A DNA stretch of 64,000 nt, from NCBI GenBank assembly GCA_965657825.1, contig CBFHQG010000003.1:910-64909 (forward strand). Direction: 5' to 3'. Shown piece by piece: positions 15,952-25,811 of this stretch; within the stretch, counting starts at the first letter, position 1; each line of letters opens with the position of its first letter. Position numbers and translations under genes: made by a program. Origin of the DNA: Actinomycetes bacterium (GTDB lineage: Bacteria; Actinomycetota; Actinomycetes; S36-B12). Below the pieces are notes generated by a model. It searched no databases and was not told where the DNA came from. It saw nothing but the letters and a program-made list of their open reading frames with translations.

Positions 15952-17700
15952 ATGACTTTAGAACTGGACCGCCCCACCATCCACGCCGAAGCAGAGACCA
16001 CACTCAGCGACCGCATCCCCATCGAGGGTCGCCCCACCTGGCTCGGCTTCGCGATCAACTGCCTCGTGGCCACTTTCAGCATGACCGGGGAGTTCCTCAC
16101 CGGGGGGATGGGGACGTCATTCCCTCGTGCTCTGCTCTTCCTCGCCGGAATCCTCGCCGGGGCAGCGGTCTGCCTCGTGCTACTCCGTGCGATCCTCGCC
16201 CGGACACGACGTCTGACGGCAATCGGCCTCATCGCCCTGCTCATCGTGAGTGCACTTGTATTGACCATCGCGTTGAACTCTGATGCTTATCGACATGCCG
16301 TCGGAATTCCCTCGTCGAGCTGGTCGCTGTGGGTGAGCCTGCTGGTGTACTGCGTGACCCTGCCGTGGTGGGTCATCTCACTTGAATTACTGCTCTCGAC
16401 CTGGCGTCGCATTCGCCGCGACCGGCAGCAACTCCTGCGCGAGGCGCAGGCTCGCAGCACTATCAGCGCCGAGCAGGCCCAGCTGATCGACGAGGTCCGC
16501 TCCCAGGTTAGGAGCGAAGTCCACGCTTTGCTCTCGCCCGCCGCACGTCACCTCGACGATCAACTCAGGCGAGAACATGATCTATCGCTGAGCTCAGCAC
16601 GGGAGAGCATCGCGACCGTCTTGCACGACACAGCCAGGGAGCAGGTGCGATCGCTCAGCCACGACCTGCATCATCTCGCTCACCAATCAGCCGCCACCGT
16701 CAAGTCTCGGCACCTCATCTCGACCATCGTCCACACAGCGCGCTTCTATCCGCTCCCCGTCACCATGCTGTTTCTCCTTATCGAAACCGAGGTGTACTTC
16801 ACCACCTACACACCCCTGATGGCGTCGCTGCTGCTCCTTATCGGAGTGGCCTACATCGTCACTGTCATGCCGTGGGCAAATTCGCTCATGCGCAAACACT
16901 CCCAACATCACATGGGCATCTACCTCAGCACTCTCGTCGTGATGCAACTTCCTCTGGTACTTCGACCCCTTGCTGACCCAGACTGGACAAACAACCCGCT
17001 GGCGTTCGGAACTCTCATCCTCGATGCAGCCTTCGGGACCCTTTTCATTCTCGTCCTCTCCGGACTCGGCTCCTGGCGTGGCAACGCTCTTGCCCGCCTT
17101 GAGGGCGAGCAGCGCAGGCTGGAGCGCGAGAGGCAGGAGCAGATCCATCGACGCCGCGTCACAGCGGATGTCGTCACAGAAGCATCCCGTGCGCTGCACG
17201 GTTCTGTGCAGACGAAGTTGACCGCTGCGGCCCTGGCGCTCACCCTCGGAGGTGATCACGCCGATGATGCAACGATCCTCCGATCGCTGGAACAGGCGCG
17301 ACAGGCACTGCTCGACCCCCTGCCATCCGACGCCGCATCACTGCATAGTGGGCGCACGATGCGCCAGGGTCTCCATGACGTCACCCGACCCTGGGTGGGA
17401 CTGTGCGACATCGACATCGACACCACCGGCTGCCCAGATCACCATCTGGCTGCGCATTCCTGCACGCTCATCGTCGAAGAGGCCGTCACCAACGCCGTGC
17501 GTCACGGCAAAGCTCGCCACATCAGCATTCAGGTAGCCACCTCGGACGAGGGCCTGTTGATCACGGTGACCGATGACGGTCATGTGACCGCATCAACCTC
17601 ACCTGGCCTCGGCTCGCAGATCATCGACCAGTTAGCCACTACATGGACCCGCGAAGGTCACGGCGAGCAAGGCACGACCCTGCGCGCCGTCATCGTCTGA
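15952..17700 (+). CDS. polytopic sensor histidine kinase, HisKA_3/NarX-like
   Basis: 582 aa from the ATG at 15952 (GAGGTGAGG upstream; an alternative GTG at 15934 overlaps the regulator gene). H-box-like ALHGSVQTKL, N-box EEAVTNAVRHGKA and G-box DDGHV...GLGSQI. Two separate clusters of TM helices. Confidence 0.8.
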   Translation: MTLELDRPTIHAEAETTLSDRIPIEGRPTWLGFAINCLVATFSMTGEFLTGGMGTSFPRALLFLAGILAGAAVCLVLLRAILARTRRLTAIGLIALLIVSALVLTIALNSDAYRHAVGIPSSSWSLWVSLLVYCVTLPWWVISLELLLSTWRRIRRDRQQLLREAQARSTISAEQAQLIDEVRSQVRSEVHALLSPAARHLDDQLRREHDLSLSSARESIATVLHDTAREQVRSLSHDLHHLAHQSAATVKSRHLISTIVHTARFYPLPVTMLFLLIETEVYFTTYTPLMASLLLLIGVAYIVTVMPWANSLMRKHSQHHMGIYLSTLVVMQLPLVLRPLADPDWTNNPLAFGTLILDAAFGTLFILVLSGLGSWRGNALARLEGEQRRLERERQEQIHRRRVTADVVTEASRALHGSVQTKLTAAALALTLGGDHADDATILRSLEQARQALLDPLPSDAASLHSGRTMRQGLHDVTRPWVGLCDIDIDTTGCPDHHLAAHSCTLIVEEAVTNAVRHGKARHISIQVATSDEGLLITVTDDGHVTASTSPGLGSQIIDQLATTWTREGHGEQGTTLRAVIV

Positions 17701-17704
17701 CAGA

Positions 17705-17757
17705 CCCCCGACGCCGACTAACGAGACCCATCACCAGGGAATTCACGGGGCGTCTGG
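17705..17757 (+). terminator. hairpin downstream of the histidine kinase gene (possible terminator)
   Basis: GACGCC (17710-17715) pairs with GGCGTC (17749-17754), with flanking C/G pairs. It begins 5 nt after the kinase stop. There is no U-tract. Confidence 0.35.
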
Positions 17758-17787
17758 ATCGGTGACGGGTGCGGATGAGGGGTGGAG

Positions 17788-18078
17788 TCAGGCCTCGCCG
17801 CGGTCGCGGAGGTAGGTCGCGAACTTCGCCCGCAGCAGCGCCTCGGTGTCAGGATCCAGCTGCGGGTTCTTGGCGAACATCTCGCGCGCGGCCTTCACCG
17901 TCTCGATGATCGTCCCGCCGGTCGACCCGAGATCGCCACCCTCCCCCTCGATGGCATGCATGCCCGGCATATGCGAGAACACGCTGGAGAAGAACGCGAT
18001 ATCCAGATGCCTCTCGGCGGTGTGGAACGCGCGGTGGCGCAGTTCGTCGAAGGGCAGATCCTCGAGTGCCTCACTCAT
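17788..18078 (-). CDS. hypothetical small acidic protein
   Basis: 96 aa from the ATG at 18078 (MSEALEDLPFDELRHRAFH...). I recognise no domain. Coding is supported only by ORF length and codon usage in context. Confidence 0.5.
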   Translation of the reverse strand: MSEALEDLPFDELRHRAFHTAERHLDIAFFSSVFSHMPGMHAIEGEGGDLGSTGGTIIETVKAAREMFAKNPQLDPDTEALLRAKFATYLRDRGEA

Positions 18079-18106
18079 GCACTGAACCCTAGCCTGCTCG
18101 GTTCGC

Positions 18107-18631
18107 CTAGTCTCCGCCGCGCAGGCGACACATCGATTCCAGCCAGATCGCCGAGCCGACCAACACAGCGCACGCACCCGCCGCAATGAGGCTCGCCGTC
18201 ACCGAATCCGATCCGCTCGGCGTCGAGATCACCCCGATCAGCGCGGCCATGATGCCCAGGTAGAACCCACCGATGAGCGCCCCGGTGCGCGATGCGGCCA
18301 TCGCCAACGCCGCTGTACGCGCCGCAAGAAGCGGGGGCATCCGGTCCGGATGAGCCCGGCGCACCGCCTGCGGGTCACCTGTCGGCACATGCACCGGTTC
18401 TGGGCCGCGCGACGAGTGCCCGCGGTCATCCGGATGGATCAGGCGCGGCCGGCTCACCACCGCCCACAGCAGCACCCCGATCGCCAGCGCCCACAGACCC
18501 AGACTGGCGATCAGCGGAACGCCCAGGATGCGCCCCGTTGTGGAATCCACGATCCGCACCAGCACCCAGCCGACCGCAATGCCGATCAACACGATCGCGA
18601 CCAGCCACGCGATGCTCGTGCGCTTGATCAT
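18107..18631 (-). CDS. DUF3180-like integral membrane protein
   Basis: 174 aa with 4 TM helices. It lies immediately downstream of folK with an ATGA-type overlap, matching the M. tuberculosis Rv3605c slot. Confidence 0.7.
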   Translation of the reverse strand: MIKRTSIAWLVAIVLIGIAVGWVLVRIVDSTTGRILGVPLIASLGLWALAIGVLLWAVVSRPRLIHPDDRGHSSRGPEPVHVPTGDPQAVRRAHPDRMPPLLAARTAALAMAASRTGALIGGFYLGIMAALIGVISTPSGSDSVTASLIAAGACAVLVGSAIWLESMCRLRGGD

Positions 18632-19125
18632 CGGATCACCAGTTGCAGATCGGTGCGCTGCACACCGGCTGTATCGAGATCGGGCAGATCCGCATCAGGC
18701 TCCACATCAGCCCACGGCACGCACACGAAAGCTCGGTCGTAGGCACGCGGATGCGGCAGCGTCAGATCCTCGGTGTCCAACACGATCTCGCCGTCGGCTG
18801 TGCGCATCACGATGAGATCGACATCGAGGGTGCGCGGACCCCAGCGCACCTCGCGGGTGCGGTGATGATCAGCCTCGATGCGATGCGCCAGGGTGAGCAG
18901 TTCATGCGGGGAGAGTTCGGTGTCGATCAGCACCGCAGCGTTCAGGAAGTCATCCTGCTGCGGCCCGCCCACCGGATCGGTCGAATACACACCCGACACC
19001 GCGAGGACCGCGACACCATCCGATGCTGTGAGCGCATCGACCGCGCCCTGCAGTGCCGCCAGCCGATCGCCCATATTCGCCCCGAGTGCGAGCACCGCGC
19101 GTGTGGAGTTCGTGAGCGGGGTCAC
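18628..19125 (-). CDS. folK: 2-amino-4-hydroxy-6-hydroxymethyldihydropteridine diphosphokinase
   Basis: 165 aa with HPPK blocks (LALGANMGDR, GPRTLDVDLI, LPHPRA). Confidence 0.9.
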   Translation of the reverse strand: MTPLTNSTRAVLALGANMGDRLAALQGAVDALTASDGVAVLAVSGVYSTDPVGGPQQDDFLNAAVLIDTELSPHELLTLAHRIEADHHRTREVRWGPRTLDVDLIVMRTADGEIVLDTEDLTLPHPRAYDRAFVCVPWADVEPDADLPDLDTAGVQRTDLQLVIR

Positions 19126-19505
19126 GGCGATCGCCGCCGCGTGATGCGCACCACTACGTCATCGAAGGGCACGGTGATCGGAGCCTGCGGTTTGTGGACC
19201 GCCACCTCGACTCCGAGCACACCGGCGTGGGTCAGGCATTGATCGGCGATGCGCGCGGCGAGGGTCTCGATCAGATCGACCGGGTCACCCGTGATGATGG
19301 CGTGCACCTCGGTGGAGATCGTGCCGTAATCAACCGTGTCGGCCAGGTCATCGCTGACTGCTGCGCGCGCCATATCGACGAAGAGGATCACATCGACGCG
19401 GAATTCCTGGCCCTCGCGGCGCTCATGCTCGAACACCCCGTGATAGCCGATCCCGCGTAGTCCGCGAATCTCGATCCGGTCACCCCACTCGGATGGGCTC
19501 ATCAA
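19122..19505 (-). CDS. folB: dihydroneopterin aldolase
   Basis: 127 aa. IEIRGLRGIGYHGVFEHERREGQEF is a typical FolB motif. Confidence 0.9.
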   Translation of the reverse strand: MMSPSEWGDRIEIRGLRGIGYHGVFEHERREGQEFRVDVILFVDMARAAVSDDLADTVDYGTISTEVHAIITGDPVDLIETLAARIADQCLTHAGVLGVEVAVHKPQAPITVPFDDVVVRITRRRSP

Positions 19506-20362
19506 CGCGCCCGCCCCTCTCGCCAGGCGGACGCCACCGCGACCGCGTCTCGGCTACCCCGCACATCATGGACACGCACTCCCCACACTCCGTTACCCGC
19601 AGCCAGTGCTGTTATCGCATCGGTGGCGTAATCACGCTGCTCCATGGGTCGCGGCTCACCGGTCTCGTCAGCCAGCAGCGAACCGAGGAACCGTTTGCGC
19701 GAAGCGCCCACGAGAACAGGCTGACCCAGCTCGATGATCGTCGACAGTTCGCGCAGCAGGGCCCAGTTGTGATCGGCCTCCTTAGCGAAACCGATCCCCG
19801 GGTCGAGCACGACCCGAGCGAGATCGACACCGGCGGCACCAAGTGCATCCAGGCGCTGCTGAAGCTCGGCGATGACCTCCGCCACCACATCGTCATACAC
19901 CGCGAGGCTCGCCATCACGTCACTCGGCCCACGCCAGTGCATCGCAATATAGGGAATCTCGACGCTCGCCAACCAGGTGAGCATCCGTGAGTCCGAACGG
20001 CCCCCGCTGACATCGTTGACCATGCACGCACCCACCTCGACAGCCGCGTTAGCCACCTCCGCCCGAGTGGTGTCAATGCTCACCGGGACTCCGGCCGCCA
20101 CCAGACCTGCGACCACCGGAACAACCCGGGTGAGTTCTTCCTCGACGTCGATGCGTTGAGCGCCCGGCCGCGTCGACTCGCCTCCGACGTCGACGATGTC
20201 GGCACCGTCGCGGTGCATCCGAGTGCCGTGCGCGACGGCGATCGCTGGATCCACCCACCGCCCGCCATCGGAGAACGAATCCGGGGTGACGTTCAGCACG
20301 CCCATCACCAGCGTTCGCTCGAGATCGGCCAGTGGCTGCGGCAGGCCGGCAGGATGACGCAT
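19502..20362 (-). CDS. folP: dihydropteroate synthase
   Basis: 286 aa from the ATG at 20362. Motifs VMGVLNVTPDSFSDGG, DIVDVGGESTRPG and SRKRFLG. The longer ORF to 20434 would overlap folE. Confidence 0.9.
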   Translation of the reverse strand: MRHPAGLPQPLADLERTLVMGVLNVTPDSFSDGGRWVDPAIAVAHGTRMHRDGADIVDVGGESTRPGAQRIDVEEELTRVVPVVAGLVAAGVPVSIDTTRAEVANAAVEVGACMVNDVSGGRSDSRMLTWLASVEIPYIAMHWRGPSDVMASLAVYDDVVAEVIAELQQRLDALGAAGVDLARVVLDPGIGFAKEADHNWALLRELSTIIELGQPVLVGASRKRFLGSLLADETGEPRPMEQRDYATDAITALAAGNGVWGVRVHDVRGSRDAVAVASAWREGRAR

Positions 20363-20375
20363 CGTGCTCGTCCAG

Positions 20376-20999
20376 TCAGCCCATGAGGAGGGACATGGCC
20401 TCTGCACGCGAGGCAGGATCCAGCAGCTGACCACGCACCGTGCTCGTCACCGTCTTGGCCCCGGGCTTCCGCACCCCCCGCATCGACATGCACAGGTGCT
20501 CGCACTCGATGACGACGATGATGCCGCGAGGTTCGAGGACACGCTCCAGAGCATCCGCGATCTGCGTCGTCAACCGCTCTTGAACCTGCGGCCGCTTGGC
20601 GTAGACGTCCACCAATCGGGCCAGTTTCGACAACCCGGTGATGCGGCCGTCCTGCGCGGGGATGTAGCCCACGTGGGCGACACCGTGGAACGGAACAAGG
20701 TGATGCTCACACGTGCTGTACACCTCGATATTGCGGACCAGGACGAGTTCGTCATGACCCTCATCGAAGGTGGTGGTGAGCACGTCCTCGCCGACCATGT
20801 GCAATCCGGAGAAGATCTCCGCGTACGCCCGGGCAACCCGAGCGGGTGTCTTGCGCAATCCCTCACGGTCGGGGTCTTCACCCACGGCGATGAGCAGTTC
20901 GCGTACGGCCTGCTCCGCACGCTGCGCATCGAACTCACCCTGCGCTGGCGGCTCCACACTGTGGCGGATGGGATCGATGTCGGAGGAGTCGTGGCTCAT
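20376..20999 (-). CDS. folE: GTP cyclohydrolase I
   Basis: 207 aa from the ATG at 20999. Motifs [12 protein letters not shown] and [11 protein letters not shown]. Confidence 0.92.
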   Translation of the reverse strand: MSHDSSDIDPIRHSVEPPAQGEFDAQRAEQAVRELLIAVGEDPDREGLRKTPARVARAYAEIFSGLHMVGEDVLTTTFDEGHDELVLVRNIEVYSTCEHHLVPFHGVAHVGYIPAQDGRITGLSKLARLVDVYAKRPQVQERLTTQIADALERVLEPRGIIVVIECEHLCMSMRGVRKPGAKTVTSTVRGQLLDPASRAEAMSLLMG

Positions 21000-21054
21000 G
21001 CAAGGCTCGATTCGACTAGGAAGGCCGACGGGATACTCACCGACACAGCATGCC

Positions 21055-23100
21055 TCACTCGTGCTCGGGGCTGGCTCCGCTCGTCGCTTCCTGGGCAGAA
21101 CCACCGGGTGCCTCGCCTGCGGTGCCGTATCCGGAGCCGTTCACGCTGCCGTTCGCCGTGCCGCTCACAGCCCCATTCGCTGCCCCATTCGCTGACGCTC
21201 GGGCGGTTGCTCCCACCGGGCCCCGCTCATCAGGCTGCCGCAGCGACGAGCCGGTCCAGGCCGGGCGAGTCTGACGTAGGCGCAGATCGGTGAACACCGC
21301 CTCGACCTCGGCTTTGTCCAGGGTCTCCTTCTCCAGAAGCTCCAGCACGAGTCGATCCAGGACATCCCGGTTGTCGACGAGGATGTCGTAGGCCTCCTGG
21401 TGTGCGGTCTCGATGAGTGTGCGCACCTCCTCATCGATCGCCGCTGCGACGTCCTCGGAGTAGTCGCGCACATGACCCATGTCGCGCCCGAGGAACACCT
21501 CGCCTTGCTCCTGGCCGTATCGGATCGCACCCAGCCTCTCGGTCATGCCGTACTGGGTCACCATCGCACGAGCCAACGCGGTGGCCTTCTCGATGTCATT
21601 GGACGCACCCGTGGTCGGGTCGTGGAAGATCAACTCCTCGGCAGCTCGGCCACCGAGCATGTAGGCGAGTTGGTTGAGCATCTCGCTGCGTGTCGTGGAG
21701 TACTTCTCCTGATCGGGTAGCACCATCGTGTAGCCCAACGCCCGACCGCGCGGCATGATCGTGATCTTGTGCACCGGGTCGGTGCCCGGCAGCGCGGCAG
21801 CCACGAGCGCATGACCACCCTCGTGATAGGCGGTGATCGCCTTCTCGTGGTCGTCCATCACCCGTGTTCGTTTCTGCGGGCCGGCGATGACCCGGTCGAT
21901 CGCCTCATCGAGGGCCTCGTCGTCGACGAGCTGGCCGCCGGTGCGCGCGGTCAACAAGGCCGCCTCATTCAAGACATTGGCTAGGTCAGCACCGGTGAAT
22001 CCCGGGGTGCGCTTGGCCACCGACATCAGGTCGACATTCTCGGCGAACGGCTTTCCGCGAGCATGCACCTGCAGGATCGCGTAGCGGCCGTTGAGATCGG
22101 GGCGCTCCACCGCGATCTGCCGATCGAAACGACCTGGTCGCAGCAGCGCGGGGTCGAGGATGTCGGGTCGGTTGGTCGCGGCGATGAGGATCACACCGCT
22201 GGAGACGTCGAAACCGTCCATCTCGACGAGCATCTGGTTGAGCGTCTGCTCGCGCTCATCGTGACCCCCACCCAGGCCGGCACCACGATGACGCCCGACC
22301 GCGTCGATCTCGTCGACGAAGATGATCGCCGGAGCGTTGGCCTTGGCCTGCTCGAACAGATCGCGTACGCGCGACGCCCCGACTCCGACGAACATCTCCA
22401 CGAAATCCGATCCGGAGATGGAGTAGAACGGAACACCCGCCTCACCGGCGACGGCACGCGCGAGCAGCGTCTTACCGGTTCCGGGAGGCCCATAGAGCAG
22501 TACGCCCTTGGGGATCTTCGCACCGACCGCCTGGAACTTCGCCGGCTCGGACAGGAACTCCTTGATCTCCTGCAACTCCTCGACGGCCTCGTCGGCACCG
22601 GCGACATCAGCGAAGGTCGTCTGCGGCATGTCCTTCGTGACGACCTTGGCCTTGGACTTGCCGAACTGCATCAGCCGCGATCCACCGCCTTGCATCTGAC
22701 TCATGAAGAAGAACAGCAGCAGGATGATGAGGGCGAAGGGCAGCAGGGTGAACAGCAGGCTGACCAGGAGGTTGTCCTGCGGGACGACGATGTTGTACCC
22801 ATCGGGAAGTTGCCCGGCGTCGACCTTGGTCTGGAGCAGGTTCTGCAACTGCACGCCCTGCCCATCGACGTACTGGCTGACGATCTCGCCGCCATCGCGC
22901 AGGGTGAGTTCGAGGACCTGGTCGCGGTCGACGATCGTGGCCGAGGCGACCCGATTGTTCTGGATGTCTGAGATCGCCTGACTGGTATCGACCTGCGTGG
23001 GGCCGCCGAGCCCGGAGACGATGCTGGAGCCCACGAGCACGAGCAGCACAACGATGCCGACCCAGAAGATCGGTCCACGGAACAGCCGCTTGACATTCAT
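21055..23100 (-). CDS. ftsH: ATP-dependent zinc metalloprotease FtsH
   Basis: 681 aa with two N-terminal TM helices, the AAA Walker A GPPGTGKT, the SRH and the HEGGH zinc site. Low-complexity Gly/Ala/Asn/Ser C-terminal tail. Confidence 0.97.
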   Translation of the reverse strand: MNVKRLFRGPIFWVGIVVLLVLVGSSIVSGLGGPTQVDTSQAISDIQNNRVASATIVDRDQVLELTLRDGGEIVSQYVDGQGVQLQNLLQTKVDAGQLPDGYNIVVPQDNLLVSLLFTLLPFALIILLLFFFMSQMQGGGSRLMQFGKSKAKVVTKDMPQTTFADVAGADEAVEELQEIKEFLSEPAKFQAVGAKIPKGVLLYGPPGTGKTLLARAVAGEAGVPFYSISGSDFVEMFVGVGASRVRDLFEQAKANAPAIIFVDEIDAVGRHRGAGLGGGHDEREQTLNQMLVEMDGFDVSSGVILIAATNRPDILDPALLRPGRFDRQIAVERPDLNGRYAILQVHARGKPFAENVDLMSVAKRTPGFTGADLANVLNEAALLTARTGGQLVDDEALDEAIDRVIAGPQKRTRVMDDHEKAITAYHEGGHALVAAALPGTDPVHKITIMPRGRALGYTMVLPDQEKYSTTRSEMLNQLAYMLGGRAAEELIFHDPTTGASNDIEKATALARAMVTQYGMTERLGAIRYGQEQGEVFLGRDMGHVRDYSEDVAAAIDEEVRTLIETAHQEAYDILVDNRDVLDRLVLELLEKETLDKAEVEAVFTDLRLRQTRPAWTGSSLRQPDERGPVGATARASANGAANGAVSGTANGSVNGSGYGTAGEAPGGSAQEATSGASPEHE

Positions 23101-23151
23101 CCTGACTCAGACGGTACACCGGCGCCCCTCGTTCCGCCCCGACCGCAGGCG

Positions 23152-23754
23152 TCAGTGCCCGTACACCTCGGGGCGCAGGACGGCCACCTCACGCAGGTTG
23201 CGATAGCGCTCGTCGTAATCGAGGCCGTACCCCACGACGAACTCATTCGGAATGTCGAATCCGACGTAGCGGGGGGTGATGGGGACCTGGACCGCCTCAG
23301 GCTTACGCAGGAAGGTGAATACCTCCACCGAGGCCGGCCCGCGAGAGCGGAGGTTGTTCATCAGCCACGACAGGGTCAGCCCGGTGTCGAGGATGTCCTC
23401 CACGATCAGCACATCGCGGCCGACGAGGTCGATATCGAGATCCTTCAAGATCCGTACGACACCCGATGAAGTCGTGCCCGAACCGTAACTGGACACCGCC
23501 ATCCAGTCAGTCGACACATGGGAGCGAAGGTGGCGCATGAAGTCGGCCATGACGATGACCGCACCCTTCAGGACGCCGACGAGCAGGAGATCGCGACCGT
23601 CGTAGTCGGCGTCGACCTGCGCGGCAACCTCCGCGAGTCGGGCCTGGATCTGGTCATCGGTCAACAAAACAGCGGCGAGGTCGCCGTTGGCGTGATCGCT
23701 ATGCACGAGGTGGACTCCCGAGAGGATCGCTGCGGTCGAACCGAAGCCTGCCAC
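23152..23754 (-). CDS. hpt: hypoxanthine phosphoribosyltransferase
   Basis: PRPP-binding motif [13 protein letters not shown] and C-terminal VVGYGLDY. The start is uncertain: GTG at 23754, or GTG at 23706, which overlaps the tilS stop by 8 nt. Confidence 0.88.
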   Translation of the reverse strand: MAGFGSTAAILSGVHLVHSDHANGDLAAVLLTDDQIQARLAEVAAQVDADYDGRDLLLVGVLKGAVIVMADFMRHLRSHVSTDWMAVSSYGSGTTSSGVVRILKDLDIDLVGRDVLIVEDILDTGLTLSWLMNNLRSRGPASVEVFTFLRKPEAVQVPITPRYVGFDIPNEFVVGYGLDYDERYRNLREVAVLRPEVYGH

Positions 23755-24712
23755 ATCCCCGGCTGGCGCGGAGCGGACCCGGCAGATCGAGGGGTCCTTG
23801 ACCGTGCCAGTCGCTGATCAGCGCCTCCACGGCGAGGATGTGATCGCGGGTAAGCGCAGAGGGTGGCGCCCCCGTCTCGATCGCGGCGCGGCGCAGCAGT
23901 CGGGTGCGAACCGCACGCGGGAGCACGCTGAGCCGATCGAGATCCATTTCGATGGTGATGCCTTCAGTGTGAGCCATGCAGCACCCCGACCACTCCTGTT
24001 CGGCGATTCGCTCCAGGGCCTCGGCATCATCGCGCAGGAGATCAGCGCTTCGCACCAGGCCAGCAACGACACCGGGGCCCAGTGCCTCGGTCATGGCAGG
24101 CAGTACATCGCCGCGCACACGCACTCGAGTGAAGGAGGGGTCGGTGTTATGGGGATCCGTCCACGCCTGCAGATCCCCCAGGGCTGAGTGCACCAGGGCA
24201 CGATCCAGACCCAGCAGTGGGCGCCGCCACACCCCGGCTATCGGCGCCATCGCACTCAGTGATCGGGCTCCCGCGCCTCGGGCCAGTCGCAGCAGCACCG
24301 TCTCAGCCTGGTCGTCACGTGTGTGGGCGAGCAGGATGGCGGCTGCTGCGTGGCGATCGGCGGCGTCGGCGAGGGCAGCCCGGCGAGCCTCACGGGCGAT
24401 CGCCTCCGGTCCACCACGCCCTGGCACCTGCTCGCCGAGGTGCACGGCGACGACCTCGACAGGGTCCAGCCCCAGCGCCCGGCACTGCTCGGCGGCACGC
24501 TCCGCGACATCTGCGGACCCCTGCTGCAGGCCGTGATCGACCACGATGGCTCCGGCACGCGATCGTTCGGCGGCCACCGCACGTGCGAGCGCCAGTGAAT
24601 CCGGGCCTCCCGAGCAGGCCACCAGCACCAGGTCGTCCGCGGCCAGATCGGCCAGGGACGCGCGCACCGCGCGACGCACCTCGCGGTCGGCCATCTGCGC
24701 CGTGGTGGGCAT
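23699..24712 (-). CDS. tilS: tRNA(Ile)-lysidine synthase
   Basis: 337 aa from the ATG at 24712 with the PP-loop motif [12 protein letters not shown]. Confidence 0.88.
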   Translation of the reverse strand: MPTTAQMADREVRRAVRASLADLAADDLVLVACSGGPDSLALARAVAAERSRAGAIVVDHGLQQGSADVAERAAEQCRALGLDPVEVVAVHLGEQVPGRGGPEAIAREARRAALADAADRHAAAAILLAHTRDDQAETVLLRLARGAGARSLSAMAPIAGVWRRPLLGLDRALVHSALGDLQAWTDPHNTDPSFTRVRVRGDVLPAMTEALGPGVVAGLVRSADLLRDDAEALERIAEQEWSGCCMAHTEGITIEMDLDRLSVLPRAVRTRLLRRAAIETGAPPSALTRDHILAVEALISDWHGQGPLDLPGPLRASRGCGRLRFDRSDPLGSPPRA

Positions 24713-24728
24713 CAGGTGGTCGCTGCCT

Positions 24729-25802
24729 TCAGCCCAGGACCCGGCGCACCCAGGCACCCGGATCGCCGATCTCCGTCGGGGTCGGTAGCGCCGCAGGCGA
24801 GGTCCACACCTCGTTGAACCCGGTCATTCCGACCTCGGCAACGACTCCGCGCACGAATGCTGCGCCCTGCGTGTACTGCCGCAGTTTCGCCTCCAGCCCG
24901 AGCAGCCGACCGACGAGGCCATCGACGAAACCGTGCTGGGTGCGACGTCGATCGAAGCGCTCGCGGATCATCGCGACACTCGGCACCACCTGCGGGCCCA
25001 CCTCATCCATGACGACATCAGCATGCCCCTCCAGCAGCGACATCAAGGCGGTGAGGCGTTCGAGGATGGCGCGCTGCTCAGGAGTCTGCAGCAGGTCGAT
25101 GACGCCGAGGCCGGTCTCGCCGCGCGACCGTATCTCGCCCGCGACTCGGCGCAGGGTCGTCCAGGTGTCGGTATCGGTGGCGCGCAGATAGTCATGCACC
25201 TGCTCGGTGAAGAAAGTGGACAGCCACGGGACCGCGGAGAACTGCACGCGGTGGGTCTCCTCGTGCAGACAGACCCACAGTCGGAAATCGCTGGCGGGAA
25301 CGTCGAGTTGTCGCTCGGCGTGGACGATGTTAGGGGCGACGAGCATGAGTCGGCCAGGTCTGCGGGGGTCCTCGCCGAACGCCTCGTACTGACCGAGCAC
25401 CTTGGTCGACAGGAGGGCGAGCACCGCACCCATCTGCAGGGCACTCGTGCGCGCGCCGGTCTCACGTACGAGTGCGGAGGGCTTCTTCTCCCGCAGGAGT
25501 TGCGACAGTGGCTCGACGGCGATGCGCATCTGGTCCACATTGGCCCGCAGCCATTCCGGTCGGGCCACCACGACCGCGTGATGGGTGTCGTCGTCGGCGA
25601 CGAGCCCGGTCACCTCGCGCACCGGCTCGATCGCACGCCGGGCAGCGGAGCGGATATCGGCGACGATCTCGACGGCCTCAGCCGGGCTCACGATCGGGCC
25701 CGCGGGGGCCAGTCGAACCCCGGTGGACACCGCGAGTGGCCAATCGATCACATCGCTCACACCCTCGAGGGTATGCGACCCATCTCCCTGCCCTCCCACC
25801 AC
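24729..25802 (-). CDS. zinc-dependent metalloprotease (DUF2342-like)
   Basis: 357 aa with the HEETHRVQF zinc motif. It occupies the conserved position between dacB and tilS (Rv3626c slot). The start is uncertain; an alternative GTG lies at 25760. Confidence 0.7.
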   Translation of the reverse strand: MVGGQGDGSHTLEGVSDVIDWPLAVSTGVRLAPAGPIVSPAEAVEIVADIRSAARRAIEPVREVTGLVADDDTHHAVVVARPEWLRANVDQMRIAVEPLSQLLREKKPSALVRETGARTSALQMGAVLALLSTKVLGQYEAFGEDPRRPGRLMLVAPNIVHAERQLDVPASDFRLWVCLHEETHRVQFSAVPWLSTFFTEQVHDYLRATDTDTWTTLRRVAGEIRSRGETGLGVIDLLQTPEQRAILERLTALMSLLEGHADVVMDEVGPQVVPSVAMIRERFDRRRTQHGFVDGLVGRLLGLEAKLRQYTQGAAFVRGVVAEVGMTGFNEVWTSPAALPTPTEIGDPGAWVRRVLG

Positions 25803-25811
25803 AACCGTGAC

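Noticed and set aside
17705-17757. A possible third copy of the repeated intergenic element.
   Set aside because: Only GACTAAC and GGAATT are shared, and at a different spacing. The CGTCGTTCTCG core is missing. I kept it only as a hairpin or terminator candidate.
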